Shown here: positions 47,000-59,200 of the stretch, one piece after another
Layout: the number at the start of each line of letters is the position of its first letter
Numbering within the stretch: position 1 is the stretch's first letter
Assembly: GCA_040285825.1 (NCBI GenBank)
Contig: JAUPSS010000005.1
Location: 1-64,000 of the forward strand
DNA: 64,000 nt
Direction: 5' to 3'
DNA from: Eukaryota sp. TZLM1-RC
Lineage: Eukaryota; Protista; Metamonada: BaSk clade
Notes under the pieces: model-generated
What the model saw: only the letters and a program-made list of their open reading frames with translations
Told to the model about the DNA's origin: nothing
The model's database searches: none
Translations under genes and position numbers: made by a program

Positions 47000-48664
47000 A
47001 TGTCTCTCGAACAGCTACGAAGCGAGGCAAGCTCCTGGTCCTTAGCCTCTGATGCTGACCTTCTTACATGGATGCGCTCATTTGCTACTCGCCTTGTGAA
47101 ACAGGCACAAACCGTTGAAGACGATGTTAACTCTCTTGTCAACACAGTCAAAAAACTATCTGTTGATGCTAATAACTCTATGAACGACTTCCTTGTCCTC
47201 TCATCGACCCAATTTGTTGAAAACCGTGTGTCTGAAGCCGATGTTTCTGAAGATACATCTGCACAGGATGAAACCAAAGAATATTCCCGCGAAGAGAAGG
47301 ATGGTATTGTTATTTCTCGTTACAGAACTGCTCTATCCAATGTGTTTAAGTACATGAGGGAAGAAGAAGAGAAGGAAAAGGCCAGCCAACCTGCTGAAGA
47401 CAATGAAGCCATTGAACCGGCAGGATTGTCCGATTTCAATCCTGATTCTGATATCGAAGTGAAACCTTCCAATCCATTGGAAAATCCCACCATTGTCGCA
47501 AAACCTGATAATAAGGACGATGTATTTAACTTTGATTCAACTGATTCAGAAGACGAGTTTACCTTAAAAGCTGCTGAAATTGAACCAGAAAAGAAAAAAG
47601 AACCAGAGCAGCCCAAACAAACTGATTTGTTTAACTTTGAGTCTTCTGACTCTGACGATCAAGGATTACTCTCCAAGAAGCCGGAAATTGCGAAGGAGTC
47701 TGAGAAGGAAGAGGTTCCTGAAAAGGAAACTATCAGTTTTGATTCCTCATCTGAGGAGGAATCTGCAGATCAAGTTGCACCTTCCAAGCCTCCCAAACCA
47801 GTTTTCTCATTCGATTCATCTGATTCAGAACCTGAAGTGCAGCAAAAGCCTTCAATTGTTGCTCAATCTTCATCCTCAGAATCAGAACCAGAACTCCCTC
47901 CGCAGAAACCTAAGAAACCAACGTTTAGTTTCGATTCCTCTGATTCCGAAGAAGAGGCCCCTCCACCTCCTGTCGCTCCTCCTGCAGCTGTTATACCACC
48001 CCCACCTGAGCCATCTGTTAGCGATGATGATTCTGATGCACCTCCTCCTCCCCCAATGCTCAAAGTTTTGCCTGGACCTACCAAACCACATCAACAGTCC
48101 AGTGATTCGGATTCAGATTGGACCACCGACTCAGATGATGATGCCCCTGCACCTCCTCCTCCCAAGAAGTCTGAAGTGGTGGAAGTGAAGAAGGAAGTAC
48201 CGAAAGAAGACTTTTTCAGTTCATCTGATGAGGAGGACCAACCACCATCTCCTGTCAAACCATCTTCTCCTGTAGCAAAGCCAGTCGTTCCTTCACCACC
48301 AATCATTGAACCAACCAAAGCTGTTGAAGAAAAGAAGCTTGATAGTACTCCTAGCACTCGAGGAGCGTCAGGGAGAAGATTGCCGACAAGGAAAGGAGCT
48401 CGTCGTAAGAGCAGTGGCGCTTCTACTGTTACCAAACCCAAACCACCAGTTAAGCAAGCAAAACCTAAAGCACCAAGGAAATTTGAATCGGATTCTGATT
48501 CTGACGATTTCTCTCTTGATTTGAAAATTAAATCTGCTCCAAAACCTTCTTCTACTGCTGACCCATTGTCTGAGGTTTTAAATCAAGAACCAAAGAAGAG
48601 CAAAAAGTCAAAGAATAGAAAATCTAAAATTAAAAGTTCGACTGGTGTCAATCTCTTTGATTAA
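47000..48664 (+). CDS. WASHC2: WASH complex subunit 2 (FAM21); likely start MSLEQLR at 47000
   Basis: WSLASDADLL...NDFLVLSSTQFVENRV matches the FAM21 head domain. Disordered tail with acidic Phe motifs (LFNFESSDSDD, FSFDSSDSE). Confidence 0.92.
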   Translation: MSLEQLRSEASSWSLASDADLLTWMRSFATRLVKQAQTVEDDVNSLVNTVKKLSVDANNSMNDFLVLSSTQFVENRVSEADVSEDTSAQDETKEYSREEKDGIVISRYRTALSNVFKYMREEEEKEKASQPAEDNEAIEPAGLSDFNPDSDIEVKPSNPLENPTIVAKPDNKDDVFNFDSTDSEDEFTLKAAEIEPEKKKEPEQPKQTDLFNFESSDSDDQGLLSKKPEIAKESEKEEVPEKETISFDSSSEEESADQVAPSKPPKPVFSFDSSDSEPEVQQKPSIVAQSSSSESEPELPPQKPKKPTFSFDSSDSEEEAPPPPVAPPAAVIPPPPEPSVSDDDSDAPPPPPMLKVLPGPTKPHQQSSDSDSDWTTDSDDDAPAPPPPKKSEVVEVKKEVPKEDFFSSSDEEDQPPSPVKPSSPVAKPVVPSPPIIEPTKAVEEKKLDSTPSTRGASGRRLPTRKGARRKSSGASTVTKPKPPVKQAKPKAPRKFESDSDSDDFSLDLKIKSAPKPSSTADPLSEVLNQEPKKSKKSKNRKSKIKSSTGVNLFD

Positions 48665-48762
48665 ACTTTATTTGTTCTGTACTTATGTTTATAGTTGATT
48701 TATTTTGTGTAAAAAAATGATTTTTTAAAATCCATCCATGTTTAACATTGCACATTAGGTTA

Positions 48763-49347
48763 CTAAGCAAACAGGTCTTCTTCTAATTCATCATCTAAAT
48801 TGTCAAGGTTTAACACCGTAGCATCAGCAATTGAATCTTGCCTGCTCAATATCGTTGGCCTTGGTGTCTTTGGAATAGCTGATACTGAATCAAAATAGGA
48901 ATTGTTGGAGAATCCAAGTTTTGGATTAGACCTAAGTAGAGTTACTTCTGATTCAAGCTCATTAATTCTATCATTCAATTGCTCCTTCTCAATTTGGTGT
49001 TGTCTTTTCATATCTTTACACATTCTCACTATTTTTTCTTCATATGACCTATCTAAACTCTCCCTTAAGGTTCTGTTCTTTGCTCTTTCTGCTGATAACT
49101 GCTCTTTCAGACGTACAATGTCCTGTTGAAGCTGAGAAACAACAGAGCTATCTTCAGAAATGTTAGAAAAAGATGGATAAGCACTAACATCTTTGCTGTG
49201 TGACGTGCTTAATATTTGATTAAATACTGAAACGATCTTTGAATTGCGGTCCACCAGTGACTGACGCAGTGAGGAGGATGGCTTTGTTACATCGGTAACA
49301 TCGCTGGGACCTTCAGGATTTTCAGGGGTATCAATACGTGAAGACAT
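48763..49347 (-). CDS. Hypothetical coiled-coil protein (first ATG at 49347)
   Basis: 194-aa ORF with heptad-like VSQLQQDIVRLKEQL...EQLNDRINELESEV, tightly packed between neighbouring genes. Confidence 0.75.
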   Translation of the reverse strand: MSSRIDTPENPEGPSDVTDVTKPSSSLRQSLVDRNSKIVSVFNQILSTSHSKDVSAYPSFSNISEDSSVVSQLQQDIVRLKEQLSAERAKNRTLRESLDRSYEEKIVRMCKDMKRQHQIEKEQLNDRINELESEVTLLRSNPKLGFSNNSYFDSVSAIPKTPRPTILSRQDSIADATVLNLDNLDDELEEDLFA

Positions 49348-49464
49348 TTCAATTCCAAAAACGAAATTGATCTCCTTCAATTTGAGATCCTTGTTTGATG
49401 CACTCGACCTGCGAACCTAATCTTTCTTAAACTCATTACTCATGAGACGGGCTTAATTCTAACC

Positions 49465-50100
49465 ATGCTAGACTTCTTAATTGTTACCGAAGACAATTCG
49501 GCTGTTCGAACCTCTCTGAATGATTCTTCTGATGTTTTTCTTAAGAAAGATTCCCCTCATGAGCCTCGAAGATCCATTGTTGACATGATCCGGGCCCGCC
49601 GTGCTTTTCAGTTAAAGTTGATTCATGCTTCCAATCGCCACAAGGGGATCCTTTTGAGAAGATCAATGAAGTGCAACATTCGTAACAGAAGAGTTTCAAA
49701 CATTGTTCAGAGAACCAACGAGACCAATGAACAACGTACACGACAAATGAAAGAAACCATGATGAAACGCCATGTAGAAGCTGCTCAACGAAGAGCTTCT
49801 ATGAGGGAAACAATGAAAACGAGGCTCCAAGCCCATCATGAACTTGTTGCAAAACGAAGAGAAGCTTTTGTTGGTGCAAGAAGAAGAACCAAGAGAAGGG
49901 CTTTTTTGAACAAGTTGATGCTCAAACGAAATCCAAAGCAACTTGATATTCCAAACAAAATTCAAATTCCACAAGTTGAGCATTGCTGTTGTCCTTCAGC
50001 TTTCTTTGTACCTACTGGCTATCAAGACCAATTGAAAATGGATAATGCTAGAAAAAGGGTTGTAAAGAACCTTTCTCGCAGGAGAAGCTGGTTTTATTAG
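49465..50100 (+). CDS. Hypothetical Arg/Lys-rich helical protein
   Basis: 211-aa ATG ORF, divergent from the neighbouring gene across 117 bp. No domain recognised. Confidence 0.7.
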   Translation: MLDFLIVTEDNSAVRTSLNDSSDVFLKKDSPHEPRRSIVDMIRARRAFQLKLIHASNRHKGILLRRSMKCNIRNRRVSNIVQRTNETNEQRTRQMKETMMKRHVEAAQRRASMRETMKTRLQAHHELVAKRREAFVGARRRTKRRAFLNKLMLKRNPKQLDIPNKIQIPQVEHCCCPSAFFVPTGYQDQLKMDNARKRVVKNLSRRRSWFY

Positions 50101-50689
50101 GATTTTTGTACATAGCTTTTTGAATATTTATTGTGATCCAAAAGTTTTTGCCTAGCATAAAAAAAGGGTTTTTCTTCAAATCAAATGGGTGTAGATGAGC
50201 ATTTTTTCAAACAGAGTAAGCAACAACCAGATTGGATAAACAAAGACTCATTTTCTACATAGTAAATTTCAATATAAATAAAAGATACATCAATGAATGG
50301 TTTGAAAAATTATTGCCAAACATGGAAAAACATTTGTGTATATCATATATGTATATTGTACATTGTATTTTTTTGTAAATTAAATATTGTTTTTGCTGAT
50401 GACAATGACTTCGGTAGATCAGAATCATGTGAACTCTTGCTCTCCCAAATATTATTTTCTGGTCTCGAATGGACTATTTGTTTAGTTGCAGCTGTAGAAA
50501 GGTTTCGTGCTCTTTGATATTCAAAAATTGACCACAAATGTTACAGTCAGTCTGTGATTAAGGAAGTGAATGAGGAAAACTTGATGTATTTTCTAATTAT
50601 ATTATACAAGCCCGAGGGCGCCAACACAAATTTACAATAACTAATCAATTCCTAAAATTTAATGATTTTGAACTTCCTTGGTTAATAAA

Positions 50690-51200
50690 CATAGAGAAGC
50701 GTTTCAGGGTTTTAGGTAAACATTACCCAACACATGCTTGTAATACCCTTAGTATTTCCAATTATGTTTTGTTCAAGATTGAAGATACGATAAAATATCT
50801 CCAGAATCAAGCATTATTACCCACTATGAAGGCCACAACAATTGAATTATGTTTTCCATAATATTTACTTTGGTACTTACAATTACATGAATTACCAATC
50901 ACATTTATTGTAACTACTAATGCATTGACATTGAGTAGAAGGTTGAAGTCATGGCTAGGTGTCATTAGGACTACCAAGTGGATACTCTGTAGTTACCTAA
51001 ATGTAAGGGTGGTCTTGGTTTTCCCGATCTTACCTTATTGTATAAAGAATCTCAAACTCAGAAATTCCACATTTTGCAAAATTCATTTGAACATGACTTG
51101 AAAAATTTATTTAAAACAATGAAACAATGAAGATCTATTTGGAAACAGAAATTTGATCCAATTAAAAGGTTGGAAAAATATTCTTCCTTGGTTAAAGAAA
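50690..51200 (+). mobile_element. RT thumb remnant of a different non-LTR clade (HERO/NeSL-like)
   Basis: Across frames: EKRFRVLGK, LWYLQLHELPITFI, SRRLKSWLG, PKCKGGLGFPDLTLLYKESQ. Confidence 0.5.
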
Positions 51201-51828
51201 GAAATCGATTGACAAATACCCAAATTCCTAAGAAAATCAGAGTCTTGAATTGTTATTGTCAAATTTAGATGGTTTTGGTTGAATCATTTCTTTTTGAAGT
51301 TTCAGCAAAAAGAATAGTTGCTAATAGCTGCATTTCATTGACGAAAAGTTTACTCATTCCAAAAATTACAGTAACAACGATATGTAAAGAACTAGCATTT
51401 CAAGCTCCCAATTGCCCACACCACATCTTTTCTGTTAGAATCTCGTATATGGTTGTCTGATGGAGTAGAATGATAGAAACACACCATGGATGCTGATTTA
51501 AAAGTGTTGCAAGCAATGAATTTTACGTTGTTTGTTAAAAGGGAAAATTGTTTTTTTTTTGTTATTAAAAAACCGTATTTTATATAGTGAAGATACTGAG
51601 AGACTAAACTATTTGGGAACTTGAATTGAACTGCAATGATTCAAAAAATATCAATACTAAGCTTCGTTGGACATTCCCAATAAATTTCTCTTGGAGTATT
51701 GCATTAGAGCCAATTATTGTGTTGAAAACCCCAATGTTGTTCTATACCAACTGTTACCGAAAAAAAGATGTCTACTAACCAACTGGTCTTAAACAATTAC
51801 CAACAACGTTTCAAAACAGAATAACAAT

Positions 51829-52194
51829 ATGCCCAGATTCGAAATTGTGAAAGGTCCAAACACCACCTGGATAAAGGAAAGCAACCCTAGCCATCCAAGT
51901 AGGGCTCTGCAACACCCTGTTCACCAGGACGAGAACGGAGAATTCTTTTATGATCATATGAACAGAAAGGTTTACCTTCAAGAAATCGAACAAGTTGCTA
52001 TACATGTTAAAGGAACAAGAGAGCCACAGTTTGAAGAGGGTGAGGAGACCAAGGAAGCCGTATTCGGACCAACACATTCAGCACCTGTTGAACGAAATCT
52101 CCAGAGCTTTGAGGACTACTCACACCCAAGTCACGTGAACACACAGCATGGAAAACACATTTCGCAAGCAAAACACTCCCAGAGGTTTAGGTAA
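51829..52194 (+). CDS. Hypothetical 121-aa hydrophilic His/Glu-rich protein
   Basis: Clean ATG ORF, more GC-rich than its flanks, with AATAAA ~10 nt after the stop. Confidence 0.6.
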   Translation: MPRFEIVKGPNTTWIKESNPSHPSRALQHPVHQDENGEFFYDHMNRKVYLQEIEQVAIHVKGTREPQFEEGEETKEAVFGPTHSAPVERNLQSFEDYSHPSHVNTQHGKHISQAKHSQRFR

Positions 52195-52439
52195 CTACTA
52201 GCGCAATAAACATTAATGTTATTCTTGCAGCAAGAATAGGAGTGATATTGGAGATCGAATGACATTGATGTTGCATCAATGACTTTCCATCACTTTCAGA
52301 ATCTGCCAAAAAACGTAAAGTGGTAGGAGTGAGTGATCCAAATAAAGAAAATACAAATGAATACAAATTGTATGCTGCATGCTATTGGCTATGCAATTTG
52401 GAAAAAGGATCATTGTATTTCTTGATTTTGGAATTTTCA

Positions 52440-53295
52440 GCGTTTCAGATTGCCACCACAAATTTAGACCAAAAGTTTTCCCCAATCAATTCAAGAAATT
52501 CCAAACCGACCTCTTTGTAATTTGCAGTTTTGCTGTAAAAAGCTTCAACAAAAATTGTCAAAGATTTTTGAAAGCTTGAATTTTGTTGTTGGAATTGGCT
52601 TGGCCAAGAAAAAGAATCCCGCTTTTGCAAATCTTTTACAAGATATGTGTGATAGTACTTCTTCTGCCTTAGTAACAACAATTCCACAAGTTTATGGCAC
52701 TCTCTTAACTGATTCTGCTTGGACTTTGAATATGCAATTTCGTTTTTTTATCTGGCCTGATAATTTACCTCATAATTGAATTTGAAAATGTTCTCCTTTA
52801 TTAAATTGTAAAGATTTTATTACTCTGAGAAGCAAGGTCTACGATGCTGTAAGAGAACAATTATATTGTATGTGTAAGTCTCGGAGAATTGAATCCTTTT
52901 TGGAACCTCTGTTGTCAAATCTGTTTGATGCTGAAGATCATTTTCATAAGACTAACAGAGTTGATGTAATATTACCTGGATTAGATGGAACCTTCATTTT
53001 ATTGGATGCAATGTCTGTTGATCCTTGTAATGCCTCAAATGAAAGGCTTGCTAATTCTGAAATTCATAATCCTCTTTCAAATGTATAGACAATGTAAAAT
53101 TTCCACATTGTAAAGAAAACGACCAATAGCAAATTTAACAAATTGTTTTGGCCAAATAGAATTGTGTTTTCTATTTCTGAAGGGATGTTGAAAATGGTTT
53201 CTGATGCTTTGTTTTCTCTTGGATCTCACTATGAGAGAGTTGCATCTAGTTGTTTTGTTTTGAAAGAGACGGTTTATTTAGATGTTGATTTGTAA
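52440..53295 (+). mobile_element. 3' part of an RLE non-LTR element
   Basis: NPAFANLLQD...FFIWPDNLPHN; DAVREQLYCMCKSRRIESFLEPLL...RVDVILPG...LLDAMSVD; WPNRIVFSI. Confidence 0.85.
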
Positions 53296-53780
53296 GTTTT
53301 TTAATAAGTATTTATTATTAACAAGAATTCTTTGTTATTTCTTTGCTATTAAAATAATAATTATTGATAAAAATAGCAGAATAAGTTCAAAAAATAGGAT
53401 GAAACTCAGAATAAATTAAAAACCTGGTTTCAAATTAATAAATATAAGAGAAAGAATAAGGTATCTAACAGATTTTTAGATGGTGATAAATGTAAGTGTT
53501 TCAAAATTTTAAATTTTAATAAATTTTTCAGTTGGACAGTCAAATACATTTTTAAAAAATTGAATAACTGTGTGGTAGGTTTTTGTTCAGTCAGACCTCC
53601 CTCTGGTCCGACTCCTTGGTTTTATTCATATCGTGGAGAACACAATGAGAAACTTGTTATTTTGGACTATATATAAAGACTCATGTCAAAAAATGTTTTA
53701 TGAAAATGGGATCCGGCAAACTGCTTTTTAATTATTAATTTATTTATTAATTCATAATAACAAAAGACTAACCAACAAAC

Positions 53781-54480
53781 TTAAAATTCTAAATCTTCAT
53801 AACCCAAATCAGCCAAAAAGAATTGACTGGAAGTTTTCCCTTCATAAAAACGACCAAGAGCTAACAAAGCAGAAGTTAAAAAGGGGACAACACCTTTAAA
53901 AATTGAAAATACAATTCTGTTCTGCCACAACATTTTGTCAAAAATTCTTCCTGTACGTTGTTTTACAATTTCAACAAAATCGTCCAAGAATGATGAAGCA
54001 ATTGGTCCAAGGGAGCCATGTAGAGAAAAAGCAAATGGACAAAAGACACAATGAGTATGCGAGTCAGCATTCAAGGATAGCAACTCAATCCAAGCCTTCA
54101 AAAATAATCGTTAATTTTTGTTGCAATTTTTTAACACCATACCTCAAATTTTCTTGCGTTTTAGGTGGTATTTCCTGTACATTATCGGGGAAGCATTTAC
54201 TCCAACTTTCAGCGGCAAACAGTCAAGAGCATTTTCACGGTCTCTTAAATAATTATAACTTGTAGAATTCAGTAAATCAACATCATTTGGAAAACGGTTG
54301 CAAAATTCAAAAAATTCTTCCCTCCACCAAGGTAAGCAGCTTGACAGAGAGTAGACGATTTAGTGAAATTAATTCCATCAAAAAAAGATCGTGATAACAG
54401 ATGACTTCGAATTAGTTCAGGATTGACATCAATCAAAGATGCAAAAATATTTGTTCTTACGTGGTGAAACGAGCGGCAAA
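53781..54480 (-). mobile_element. Internally deleted 3' part of an RLE non-LTR element
   Basis: PFAFSLHGSLGPIASSFLDDF...WQNRIVFSIFKGVVP. The thumb-region remnant upstream (CQAAYLGGG) parallels CKAAFISGG. Confidence 0.85.
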
Positions 54481-54929
54481 GCTGACGTGAAGTATTCGGA
54501 GTTTTTTTGATTTTAAAAATTAAACATAAACTGAGCAGTTTATGACTGAAAAACTAGGCTCTAGCATTGATGTTATGTTTTTCATCACACAACGGTAGTC
54601 ATGAGGTAACTTGCAGCTTCAATGACCAATTAGTAGTTAATAGTTGCTAAAGGTGGAACAAAACTTCAATAAGTACAGCAACTAAACAACAATTGATGAT
54701 ATTGATAATGAGGAAAATTTTAGCTTCACAAATATAGATACACTTTATGATTACTTCTCATTTAATGACATTTAGTTAAAATAATGAAGTTTATTAGAAG
54801 TTCCTAAAATGGTTCTTTTGAACGTCTTTTAAAATTTAAATCTGCTTTTTTGTTTGAACGAAACAGCACCTGTAGTAAAAAATAGTTTCAAACCATGCTT
54901 TATCAACATTTACACTAATGATTTGTCAA

Positions 54930-55677
54930 CTAAATCTGTGACAAACTATCTTTTCCTAATGATTGAACGACTTGATCCACTTGTTCTTCAGTCAAAATTG
55001 TAAGTGGAACGTCAAACTTCAACACAGCAACTTCAACATTTTTACCACTCTCCACGACCTCCATCAAAGCACTAGTAACCAGTTTAATTCCCTCTTCTTC
55101 AGAAAGAGTTTCCGAGTACTTCTTTTCAAGATACTCACGCACGGTTTTATCGTTACGACCAATAGCATTGGCTTTCCAAGCTGTGGACACACCTGAGGGT
55201 TCAGAGAGATATAGCTCTGGTTTTTCATTTAAATCAAAGCCCGCAATGAGGAGAGAAACTCCAAATGGGCGAACACCACCAGAGATTGTGTACTTTTGTT
55301 GGGTTTTTGAAACGAAATCGGCCATTGCTTTGAGTGAAATCGGATCTTCAACAGTTAGTCTGTGGTTTTGTGCGTGAACCCTGGCTCGATCTATCAGTAC
55401 GCGGGCTAGGGTGAGAAGAGAATGGGAGAAACCTACCATCGGCATTAAGTCCTGCAAAACAAGTGACAATGTGATCATCAAGAAGTGAGATCTTACGGAT
55501 GGTACGTGGATCTTGAAGTTTAGCTACATTACGTTTTTCTACACCCATAACGATGAAGTCGCGACCCCGAAGAGCAAGGGCTGTAGCACCTTTTTGAACT
55601 GCTTGAAGAGCATACTCCACTTGGAAAAGACGTCCATCTGGACTAAAGACTGTTAAAGCACGATCATATGAAGGCAT
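54930..55677 (-). CDS. PSMA7: 20S proteasome subunit alpha-4 (PSMA7/PRE6); exons 55677-55437 and 55405-54930, 238 aa
   Basis: [47 protein letters not shown] after splicing, [23 protein letters not shown]. Confidence 0.96.
55406..55436 (-). other. 31-nt spliceosomal intron
   Basis: GTAGGTTTCTCCCATTCTCTTCTCACCCTAG. Removing it restores the conserved ADARVL frame. Confidence 0.93.
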
Positions 55678-56267
55678 TTTAAGTGTTGAGGGATGATTGT
55701 CCAAATTCAAAACACTTCTTTTTGAATATCTTACACATCATTATTCTTTATCATTCTTTATTATTCTTGATCGATCGAATAAGTTAATATATTTTCAATG
55801 GTAGTGTTTCAAAGGCACTTAAATGGGAGGGAACAAGAATGCATAGCTTCCATGTTTTGGTGCACTTTGGTATATTGCAGAAAACCATACGTTGAAACAG
55901 TGATTACGTTCTGCTCACATGGTAAGATTCTCACGTACAGCATTGTTTTCCTCATTCTCGATGATTGTTTCAAAGTTCATTAAATCGAGACGAATCAATT
56001 GATTCAAATCTTTGGACTCAATTATTAAATGTTTAATTGTAACAAAACAAAAGGCTTCAGACATTGATGTAATGCTGACATAAATGCATGGATTTCAACA
56101 CAAAATGTCCAATACTTGTTCAAAATGTAGATGTAGCAGTTCAAATTCTCAAATTCTCAAATCTCTAGGAGCTTTATTTACACTAAAACTTGGAAAAGGA
56201 CCATCATGGAAAAGAACGACAAATGGGAAAAACAAAAGAAAAGAATAGAGAATAGAATTTTTTGATT

Positions 56268-59200
56268 TTATTGGAAAAATTTCCTCCAAACACTCTCAGA
56301 AGATAGTTCAACTTGTACTTCATTCAAGCTTTGAGTGCAAATCAATATTAAGTCGTCAAGTATAGTTTGGTTGGCTTTAAAAGTAGAACCTCGGGCTTTC
56401 AAAACATCAATACATTGTTGGTATTCCGAATTGTTAAAATGCCAAAGACCCTCTAACAGGGTACAGTAATCTGACAACCTGGGAAACTGAAATCTAATAT
56501 GATTGATTGCTTGATTGAAATGGTTGACCTCTTTATGGATGAACGAAAAATTGAGCAAAGTCGTCAATGAATCAATATTTGGTGAAGTTGTCGAAATTTC
56601 GGCAAGCGAACTAATCAATTTTGATTGATTACCACCACAAACTGACCTGAGGATATCAACCATTGACCTTAAATGGGGAGATTTTGCTAGAGGGATGACC
56701 CTTCGCACCTCTCGTAAAGCGGTTTTGGTTTCCCCTTTGATAAATAATTGTTGAGCTTTTATCAGCTTAACTCCACATTTAATCAAATTTTGACTTAATT
56801 TAAGATCTGAATCAACAATTGGATTAGTTTTTTGACTCAACGGACTGGAAATAATGAGATCAACAATGGAATTGGTATTTAATTGACCAAACGATCCATT
56901 ATTTTCAAAAATATCAGCAAAAATCGGGACAAATTCAGCAAATTTAGAATCAGAAAAGGAAAAATAATACATATTTTCCATAAATAGCTTGTGGCAATGG
57001 TAGTCCCAAGGAGCGTTTTTAATTGATTTTTGAATGGCTCTGATCCGGAATTTAGATTCAGTTTGCGCCAATAGAAACTCGACAACCAAAAATTTCGAAT
57101 AATCACTTGATGACAAATTTTGATTTCTTGGCTTGTAAAATATTTGCCGAGCTACATCAATGAGATCTTGTTCCACCAAAAGAATGCCACAACAAAGTCT
57201 AACAAAGGGATCAAATGGAAACCTGTGCAAAAATTTAAGAACATTGCGTTGAAAATTTGGCAACTTTTGAGTAGCAACTAAGCCCAGCCTCAAAAGTTCA
57301 AAATTTACAGTTGTCAAATGATTTTGACAAATCATCAATGAGCTCTTTTCAATCAAATTAAGAGCTTTTCCATAGCATCCAGCAATGTAAAATAACCCTA
57401 AGATAGACTCGAAATACTTTGCTAAGGAACTATTCTGTCTAGCCAGCTTAAGTGAATTTTCAATGTAATCCTGAGCGGTTGATACGTCACCAAGATGCAA
57501 AGCCACGCTGGCAACACAAAGAGAAGCATCAACGCTGGTACTTGCCAAAGTTGAATACAAGTTTATTGCATTTTGCTGACTTCCAGAACTGCAGTACAAG
57601 CAATAGGCCTTGGTAAGGTCAGAAAGATATTGATTTTTGACATTTTCAAGCAAAGTCAAGCCAGAATCGGATTGACCTACAGTTGCTAGAGATCTTGCTG
57701 AGCCAAGGTAGACAAGATCAGAAATGTGACAATCAATTTTGATTTCCGACTGTTTGATCACGTCAGCAGCACGTTTCCAGTAATCAGTTGCTGTTGTGTA
57801 ATTAAGGATCCGTTCAAAACAGACAGCTAAACCAACCAGACAACTGAGCTTTAACAAACTACTATGAATTGGCCCAGAGTTGAAGGTAATTCTATTAAGA
57901 GCACGGGAAAGAAAACTGATTGCTTGATTGCTTGATGATTGGTTGTTTGATTGGATACTGACGATACCAGCTCTTAATAAACAGATACTACTTGGAGAAA
58001 TAGATGCAGCGTGCTGGATTTGTTCACGTGATTTGATTGGGTCAGAATTAAAAATTGCTGACGTCATCCAAGCATCTGATGACGTTTCACTTTCCGGTGA
58101 CAAACTTACGATTAAGGAAACAATATCGTCAACATTTGACAATAATGAATTTTCTAATCGCAGACCCAAAAGTGATAACAAAGCCTTAGAATTTGGAGAT
58201 ATCTGATGTGACCTTAAATAGCAATGTTGTTTTAGCAAAGGCTCAGAAAGACTTTGACCAAGAAGCAACCAATCATTTGAATTTTGAACTGATGACATGG
58301 ATAATGATAGACAAGAGTATTTGATTGCTTCATCATCGAATTTGGAATGAGTAGAAACATTCTCAAGACTTTTTGATTCAATAACATCAGCATCTGCCAA
58401 CTTAAACACCTCCAAATCATGGTAAACTGTACTTAATTGTGAGCAATAACGATTTAAAAAGGCCAAGAGAGAATATACACGTGACATCTCATCAGCATTT
58501 TGGTATTTGACCTTTTCTAGCTTGATTATGACCTCTTGTAGGTAACTAACCGCCTCATTACGATGAGAAAAGGTTCCAACTCGAATAACTTCAAAATTGG
58601 CAGCATAAATCGATCCATGACTATAAGAAGGAAAAACAATCATGAATTGATTACTATAATGAATTCCTGAATCAATCAATTTGATTGCCAAAGCAGCAAG
58701 ACCGTCGTTAACTGCTGAGCTGGCATAGTCTAATAAAGTATTAAGCAGACCAATAAATGATTTCAACTGAATGCTTTTGCTAAATTGGTCCAAATATTCA
58801 CATTCCAAAACCAATTTAAAGAACCAAATAGCATCTTCGTATTCAAGTAAGCTTAGGGCGGTTTCAGCATTCAGCACTAAATATTCCAAGTAAAAATCAC
58901 TATTCTCATCTAAATGCAAATGAGAAAGGGTTTCCTTGGCTGCACTGTACTTACCAGATTCCAATAAACACTCGCTTAAAGATAGTCTAACCCTGACTGA
59001 TTCCTTTAATCGAAGAGACTTTGAAAGAAAGAGAGCAGCTTGATCATAAACAAAGTCAGAGTGATAAATGAATCCTAGTAAAGAAAAAGCCCATGAAGCA
59101 GAAGGATCCTGGGAAGCAACAAATTCAATCAAATTTTGGTAGTCGGTAATCACGTCAGCAGTCAACAACTCTGATAACTCCTCCCCCGCAGAGGTCAAAA

